In this document: one piece after another, positions 55,703 to 64,000 of the stretch
How the letters are laid out: each line of letters opens with the position of its first letter
Position numbering within the stretch: position 1 is the first letter of the stretch
Assembly: GCA_951406725.2 (NCBI GenBank)
Contig: OX597815.1
Span: 155,434,001-155,498,000, forward strand
Source: Octopus vulgaris
Lineage: Eukaryota
Length of the DNA stretch: 64,000 nucleotides
Direction: 5' to 3'
Notes under the pieces: model-generated
What the model saw: the letters and a program-made list of their open reading frames with translations, nothing else
What the model was told of the DNA's origin: nothing
Database searches by the model: none
Program-made: the position numbers and the translations under genes

Positions 55703-58700
55703 ATAAACTGTGTAGTAATATATAAATGAAATAAGCTGAGTACAGTATTAGGACCACAATAAGAACTGACACAATTTTTAACCTGACACACCTTCACCAT
55801 TCTCTTTCTTTTCCAACAGGGTAATTGTGTCTCTCCCTAGCAACAAGACACCTATTCCTCTATCATGCTTTAATCTCTCATTATCTTGCATAAAACAACC
55901 TCCCTCTATACAACTCTACCACTCAGTTGAAGCATAGTGTCATTCTACACACCTCTGGGTTATGGGTCCAGCACACTTCCACTGTACCACTCTACTCAAT
56001 GAATGATTTAGCAAACATAAAATATATTTTTTTTTATTGTCAGTTTTAGGTCACATTACTTCTGTTACATCAGCCACTTTATGTTTTGCGTGTTATTTGG
56101 TGACTTCACTAGTACCAGTGCCATGTACAAACCACCTAGTGCACTCAGTAAAGTGGTTGGCATTGAGAAAGTCATCCAGCTGTAGAAACTATATCAAAGC
56201 AGGTATTGACACTTTGTTGCAGTCTTCTGGCTCACCTGCTCATTTCAAACTGTCTGACCTGTGCCAGAATGCAAAAATGGCTGTTACATGATGATATAAG
56301 TATTAACCGGTGGCGGCTCGTGTATAGGATCTGCAGAACTGCAGCACCCCCTATTTCCACTCGATATTATCGATAACATTCATTATAATGAATCCTTTTT
56401 TCTTTAATTCTTTCCTTATACTTGTACATTATATAATCCTTAAGCTTAATGTCAGTAGCCATCCCCTATTTTATGAAAAAAATACAAAAATCCTTGTATT
56501 GAACTGTGCGCTTTCCAGTTCCACTTACGTAGTGTTTGTTGTCCGAGAGAGTAGTGGGTGCTTTTATGTGCCACTGGCACAAGGGCCAATCAGGCGGTAC
56601 TGGCAATGGCCATGCTTGAAATGGTGTTTTTTATGTGCCACCTGCACTGGAGTCAGTTCACTGGCACTGGCAACAACCTTGCTCAAATGTTTTGTTCACG
56701 TGCCACTGGCACAAGTGCCAGTAAGGTGACGTTGGTAACCATCATGCTCAAATGGTGCTTTTAATGTGCCACCGGCATGGAAGCCAGTTTGGTTCAATGC
56801 CCTTCCTAATGTAAACCATTTTATAGAGTGCAATGTGTGCTTTTTTCATGGCACCTGCACTAGTAATGATAATCTTATAACTTTCAAAGCTCCCTTAACT
56901 AAGGGAAAACTGAAGAGAGTGAGCAATGATCTTAAGCAAGGAGAGTGGATGGGGGAGTATGGCAAGGAAGAGGGAAAGAATTACAGGATAAGTTTGAGAA
57001 AAGGGAGAGAATAAAGCTGAGCAGGTAGATAGATGTCATAAAATTTTTTCTCTGAACAGTTTTACATTATCTCACTTTTCATGTCCAACTAACTGGGAAA
57101 ATCAGCAAGATTGATATAAGGGAAAATTCTAAAGTGTTATCTTTAATCTGCTTAATGCTCAGGAAACTTAAGAAAAAGCGAAGCAATGTTGTTAAATCTA
57201 TTTTAAGAAAGGATTAACTTCAGTTTTTTAGCCAACTGGAATCTATTCAAAACCAAAGACCATTACCTGTAAAATTAAAATCTATTACTCCTTAGAGTAA
57301 AATAGCTATTCATTTTAAAATGCCAAAAATAGTATAAGTCATTTAGTAAACTTATATACTGAAGATGTATCAGTAAAGCTCTATGTCTTTTGCCAGATAG
57401 GAAAAGAACTTTGTCAAGGATGATGATTGAAATCATAACACTGACTAATTTAATCATCACCATTACTATAACCATTATCCTCATTATTTTTATTTAACAC
57501 CATCAGCACCTGCTCCAACACTACAGAAACCAGCACCTCAATACTAGAAGTTGGCAAGGCAGACCTTTAGCAGTCAGTATACTAGAAATAGGGCTCGAGT
57601 CTCCTTCAAATTCCATTTGCTGTCTTAAAATACATGAATATATTGAATATCTCAGTTTTAGGTATAAAATGCTAGCGAACATCAGTTCTACTCTAGTATC
57701 CCACAACATTATTAATCTCATCCCCTCCACTGTCATTATCATCCCAAACATCACTAAAACTATATATCACCACCAGCTGTGTGTACAACTCATCATCATT
57801 ATCATCACCATTTAAGGTCGGTTTTTCATGCTGGCATGGGTTGGACAGTTTGACAGGAGCTGGTAAGGCCAGGAACAGCACCAGGATCCATATAGTCTTA
57901 ATTATCATTTCCAATAATGGAAATAATTAAGCAAAATGGTTACAAACATTCATATAGTTTTAAATAAATACGCCTTAAACATTGTTTTGTGAGAAAATTA
58001 TTTCTGTTCAATGTTCAAGATGAGAATAACGAGTATCAGTGTTTTTCCCGTGCCATAGATAAATACTATCAATCATGTCATGCTACCTAAAAAGAAAATT
58101 AGAACTTTTACAATATCAAATTATTCTTAACTATGATTGATCTCTGTATGTTATCACTGTGTCATTTTGACACTTCAAATATAGGGCACTTCTTTAGTAG
58201 TCAATAATCATTAATGTTAACTATCTTTATACATAAATACACAAAACACCTTTGCACACTGAAGACATTAATCATACACCTGCACGCATATTTCATTTAT
58301 AAATGCATGCATACATACTGCTTCGTCATTTTACGACTGCATTTCCATATTTGCATGGGTTGTCATGGTCATTTGTCATAAAGCACAAACAGCAACAGAA
58401 AAGAAGTCACCTATATTTTATGTTTGTGTGTATGTGCATACATGTGTGCATGTGTGCATATGCATACATACATATACAAAACCTATGTATACATATTTAT
58501 ATGTATGTATGCACGCATATAACTGTGGCTTCATTTTTCTCTTTCTTTCTATTTGTTAGTTGACAACAACCTTGCTCTCAATATTGATGGTGTAATATAC
58601 TGCGCAAGCATATACAAGTTTCTCGAGATATTATATAATTTTTGTAAACAAAATTAGCTTGTAACCATGCTTAGATTGTATATTTGTTGATGAATTAAAT

Positions 58701-59904
58701 GATTATTACCTTGCTTAGAAACATTGTTTTGCTAGGAAGGCATTTAGTCAAAGAAAATTTGCTTCAACAAATTCTGTCTTTCTCACATCATCATCATCAT
58801 TTAATGAGCAGGGCTGGTAAGCTGAAGGGCTTTGATTTGATTTGGCATGGTTTCTACAGCTCAATGCCCTACTTAAAATGCCAGCTACTCCAAGAGTGTA
58901 TTGGGTGCTTTTATGTGCCACTGGCATAGGGGGCAGCTGCATGACACCATGACTACAATTTCACTTGACTTGCTGGATCTTCTCCTGTATAGCATATTTC
59001 CACAGGTCCCTGTCATTTGTCATTGTCTCCTTGAGGCCCAACACTCAAAAGGTGCTTTTTATGTGCCACTGGCATGGGTACCAGTTACATGACACCAGCA
59101 TCAGTCACATTGCCTATGGCTGATTGGTGAAGAAGTTTTCATTTACAGTCAGGAAATCCCAGGTTCAATCCTATTCCATGGTATTCAGACATGTGTCTTT
59201 TACTGCCAATATTGCCTAAGATTCACGCAACCTCTGTATTTAATATTCGCTATAGAAGCCTGTAAACAAAAGGCACAACATTGTCATGCACCATGTCATA
59301 GTAATTCTATATGAGAATTTCATTAATGGTATACATCTCTACAGAATGCTCAGTTAATTCCAAGCTAGTTCATTTAGCAGGTAATTTAGTTGATTGAACA
59401 ACTGAATCTTCATTGTTAAAAGCAAGATGTCCATTTGATTTTGTCTTTCATCCTTTTGGGATCAATATGATAAATACCAACTGAGTACTGGTGAAGGTAG
59501 TCAACTAGCCTTCTTTCCAAATATTTCAGAGCTTGTGCTTATAGTAGAAAGGATCCTTGTCCTCCTCATCATCCACTTCCTCCTTATTCAACCATGCTGT
59601 CTGCAGTCTTTTGTTTTGCACAGATGACTCATATTGTTTAAATAACTATGTCAGATACTGTATTGGAGCAGACCAAGAAGAATGAAATCTATTTTTGAAA
59701 TATATACTTGAAAGTTCTTGTGTCGGACATGGAAGAAGAGTTCTAAAAATGTGATAAACATATCTCTGATAGGTTTGGTGCTATAGAAACCATGCTGATG
59801 ACTGGAGGAGGGAAAGAGGGTTGGAGGGGGAAGTTGAAGGTTGATGGCAGAGGCAGAGTTATTTTTAATCATTTTCATTATCTATGAGATAACTAAAGTG
59901 TGGA

Positions 59905-60115
59905 TGTTAGATCTCTTGTTAGTTTCCTTGGAGCAGTGATTTTAGTTTCCTTGGAGCAGTGATTTTTGCCAGTGATCTTAGTTTCCTTGGAGCAGTGATT
60001 TTTGCCAGTGATTTTAGTTTCCTTGGAGCAGTGATTTTTGCCAGTAATTTTAGTTTCCTTGGAGCAGTGATTTTTTGTTAGATCTCTTGTTAGTTTCCTT
60101 GGAGCAGTGATTTTT
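59905..60115. repeat. tandem minisatellite, 6 copies of ttagtttccttggagcagtgatt/c
   Basis: Copies at ~59919, 59942, 59978, 60014, 60050, 60090 with near-identical or absent linkers. Confidence 0.9.
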
Positions 60116-60496
60116 GTGCACAGTTACGTTGACTGAGCCATTTGAAAGCTTGATGTTCTTGTAATGACAAGACATGAACCACCCACCTATCAGTTAAACT
60201 TCCCAACTGGCCAACCACTCTTAGATGCTTTTGTCCAATTAATCTTATACAACTTAAAACATATCTAACATTTGACTAAGCACAAGTTTAATCTCAGGAT
60301 GGTGAGAGGAGGAAGCCACAAGCAATATATTTCACTCTAGTATGTTACTGGACACAGATAATTTTTTTATTTCTAAAACACTTTCTCCTTGTGATAAATC
60401 AACTCACTAAATGCATCTTTCTATAGATTAATTTTTCCAATAAAAACACTCACCAATATCCCCATATTTCAAAATTGATCATTTCAAAATTATTGT

Positions 60497-60712
60497 TTAC
60501 TCTTTTACTTGTTTCAGTCATTTGACTGTGGCCATGCTGGAGCACTGCCTTTAGTTGAGCAAATCAACCCCAGGACTTATTCTTTGTAAGCCTAGTACTT
60601 ATTCTATTGGTTTTTTTTGCTGAACCACTAAGTTACGGGGATGTAAACACACCAGCATCGGTTGTCAAGTGAAGTTGGTGGGGGACAAACACAGACACAC
60701 AAACACATACGC

Positions 60713-60743
<31 letters not shown>

Positions 60744-60897
60744 CATATATACAACGGGCTTCTTTCAGTTTCCATTTACCAAATCCACTCACAAGGCTTT
60801 GGTTGGCCCAAGGCTATAATAGAAGACACTTGCCCAAGGTGCCACACAGTGGGACTGAACCTAGAACTATGTGGTTGGTAAGCAAGCTACTTACCAC
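60497..60897 (-). mobile_element. SINE family A copy
   Basis: Same head, microsatellite and tail as the other copies. Confidence 0.8.
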
Positions 60898-63800
60898 TGC
60901 AAAGATGATTATAAGTAAATATTCTAAGCTGTGCCAGTGGCACGTAAAAGCAGTGCTGGTGGCATGTAAAAGCACCCACTACACTCGGAGTGGTTGGTGT
61001 TAGGAAGGGCATCCAGCTGTAGAAACTCTGCCAGATGTTAAATGATGAGGATGATTGAAAGCTATTTAGTCTGACTCTACTACTTCTCCACATAAGTCTT
61101 AAAAATGTCTGTTCAAATTGTCAGTAGTGATCTAGGCCTTCTTTTTTTCTGTTTATGGGCTACATGGAATAGCTGTTGAGCAATAATCTGTCTTTTGCTT
61201 GGTTCTTTTCTGTACAAAATACTCTCACAATCTGATGGCTACCTTATATCTTATTCAGCGGTGAGATTTTACACATTGATATATCATCATTATTTACCTT
61301 TTAGTTTGGCTGGATAGGATGTTACTGCTCTCCCAGACAGGTTAGAGAACCAAAGGCCACTTGTAAGTTTCGTTTTCAGTTTGGTTTTGGTGGTTTGATG
61401 CTCTACCTAATCCTAAGGCCTTGTAGTAGATGGACAAAATGTTAAAGACATTTCTTTTTTTTTTCCCCATTTCTTGAGTTCAAACTAATACCAATTCTGC
61501 TGTATGTAATCACAGTACTATCAGTACTATTCGTTATCACATCATGACTTTTCTTATACGATTCAGTCACTTCTTAGTGTAGTCAGCTGAGGTGACTATA
61601 CATACCTTGCTAATGAGTTTGAATAAGATCAAAACATGTCTTTTCCTTATGCCTATTAGTTTTAAAGACCCGTTCTTCTTTTATTGTATTTATTTGCTGA
61701 AAATTTGGATTAGGAGATATTATTCATCTCCTTTGCTTACTGTTTTGAGATTTGTAACACTCCTTAAGGGAGTGAGTGTTTTCTAATCATATTCTATCTA
61801 AGGTAACTGAAGCTTTTCAACTCACTATATTGCATATGTAAAACTTTAATACACAGACAGACACACACACACCATACATCATGTAGAATAAAGAATGGTA
61901 TTAAATGTGTATGTATTTAATTCTCTTTACCAATATCCTCATCACACTATCTTTCTCTCCCATCATGTTACCTGTATATGTGATATTGCATCATGAGTTG
62001 ATGCCTAGTTCACTCTACATTTACCCTTTCTCTACTACCCACCATCAAACCACTTCTCCCTTACCAAATCTCAAACATCATTCATGGAAAATGAAATTAA
62101 TCAATTGAAACTTTATTCCAAACTGTCAAAAATTGTACCATTTTATAATACTAACTCAAGGTTTACTCATTATTCTATATCATATATCATCCATTATTTA
62201 TTTTTCTTTCCTTGTTTTATCATTCTGCTTGTCACAGTATGTGTTCAAATGTTGAGCTTCAAAAGAATTCAAAAAGTGTTGTTTACCAAGTGGAAAGTGG
62301 GACTGTTTATCTATGCATGAAAGTGTTTGCCAGGATAAAATGCAGATGTTTTTCCTAGCAATGTCAAGAACAAAAAAAGTTCCCTGAGCAAAAAGTGAAA
62401 GACTTTTTTTATATATTTGAAATATAAATAGTAAGCGTTAAACCATAATGGAAGGAATAGATTTATTGAGAGAATGGTAGTGGAGTAACAGAAGAAACAG
62501 TGAAGAAAGGAATAATGGAGGAGACAGGAGAAAGGGAAAGAGCAATTGCTGGGGTTAAAAATGGTTAAGGTAAATGAGATGAGTTAAGTAGTGAGATCCA
62601 GTGTCTGGCTAAGTTGGACTCAGTGTTCTCATATCATATTATCATAGTATCATCATCATCATCTAGTTTCCACTTTCCATGCTGGCATGGGTTAGACGGT
62701 TTAACTGGAAAAGCATCAGGTTTCAGTCTGATTTTAGCTTGTTTCCATGGCTGAATGCCTTTCCTGACGCCAAATATTTCAAGAGTGTAGTGGATGCCTT
62801 TTACATGTCACCCACATAGGTGCATTGTTATCCATGCCTGGCCAGGATCCAAGTCAGTTCTTAGTGGAATTACAAAGTTTATTGTTGAGAAAGGGTTGAA
62901 GGAAATTGATTAAGTTAGTGTTAAAGAAGAAGGTAGTAAAATGGAAGGGGAAAAGGTAGTATGAGAGAGTGAAAGAGTAATAGGGATGGTGGGGAATGTT
63001 GAACAGGAGGTAATATAGTGCAACTCTCTGTTATATATAAGAAGGTAGAATGGGGGATGAAGGAGAGACATGAGGTGATGATGATGAGAAGCAAGTGTAT
63101 CCTCAAGGTAAGTGTATCCTCATGGTAACATGTCCAATGGAGCAAAATGAAATAAGAATTAAGGAGTTGATGGCAGGGTTGCCTGAGTGCAGCCCCTTCC
63201 AACTCAAGCATTATGATTCAGGGGAAAAGAGGAAGGTAGGAAGAGACTGTTGGTGGATTTAAGGAGGAGAAGATATTCAAAATGTATGCATTGAGTACTT
63301 TCTTCTTGATTATAATACAGTAAGGGAAGAGATGATGGAAAGATGAGAGTATAGAGTATATATAATTTGTAGGGAAAGAGATAGTGGGGAGATGTGATAG
63401 TAGAGAATATGAAATAGGTTGCAGGGTGTATGTACGAGGTAATAGATAGTGGGATGCATGCACTACACCAGTATTTTGAATATTTTGCCAATCTTGCATG
63501 GGAAGTCAGATCTGCTGCAGCAACGCATGTTGGCTGTTGACAAATTCCTTTTTCATCTCCTTTGTCGTGTAGCATCTTGCTTTCATTTTTCCCCAAATCA
63601 TACCAAATTTTTCTCAGCCTTCCTCTTCCACTGGTATCATTCACTTTGAGCACCGAGGACTTGCTTATACAACTGTCATCCTCCATCTGCATCACATGCC
63701 AATATGATTGCAGTCTCCTATTTTGCACACTGATTACTCTTATACCTATTTTGTGTCTTAATTCGTTTTATATTTCGTCATGCTTGCACACTACCATGTC

Positions 63801-64000
63801 ACATCCAGCAAATAATACTTACCTCCTTTTTTCTAATCTTTACAAGTCTTTAACATTAAGAGCCTTCATCTTCCTACCAGGCAACATCACACTTCTCTAA
63901 CACTCCAATCCATTCCTACTCAAGTGGTAACACTTTCAGAACTCCCATCCCCATTAATTATGTCCCTTGGTAAAAAAAAAGTAATCCAAGGGAGCCATCC

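Noticed and set aside
59905-60115. CRISPR-like spaced repeats
   Set aside because: Linkers are near-identical or missing, there are no cas genes, and the context is eukaryotic. It is a minisatellite.
48600-64000. A second protein-coding gene upstream
   Set aside because: All ORFs trace to SINE, LINE, mariner or microsatellite sequence. No coherent exon chain was found, though small exons could be missed.

Overview
AT-rich, repeat-dense animal genomic DNA. The SINE repertoire, (TA)n/(CA)n density and intron style suggest a coleoid cephalopod such as Octopus (inference, not verified). There is one protein-coding gene: a minus-strand, 16-coding-exon M17 leucyl aminopeptidase (W07G4.4-like subfamily, 519 aa, 47438->5924), assembled by hand with GT-AG boundaries, consistent phases and intact metal-binding motifs. 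The rest is introns and intergenic DNA filled with tRNA-derived SINEs, mariner/Tc1 and other MITEs, CR1/RTE/Helitron fragments and Penelope-like element (PLE) remnants. Most ORF-track entries are microsatellite or SINE artefacts. The main hidden signal is about 18 type-I hammerhead-ribozyme (HHR) motifs between 0.3 and 44 kb, carried by several unrelated short non-coding element families. These occur as fold-backs (three with 12-13 bp TSDs), a 451-bp tandem retrozyme-like unit, and a tRNA-headed SINE fused to an HHR. They include non-canonical cores: a G3-C8 swap, A6U, A9C, and an extra base before GAAA. All folds were read by eye and none has been tested.
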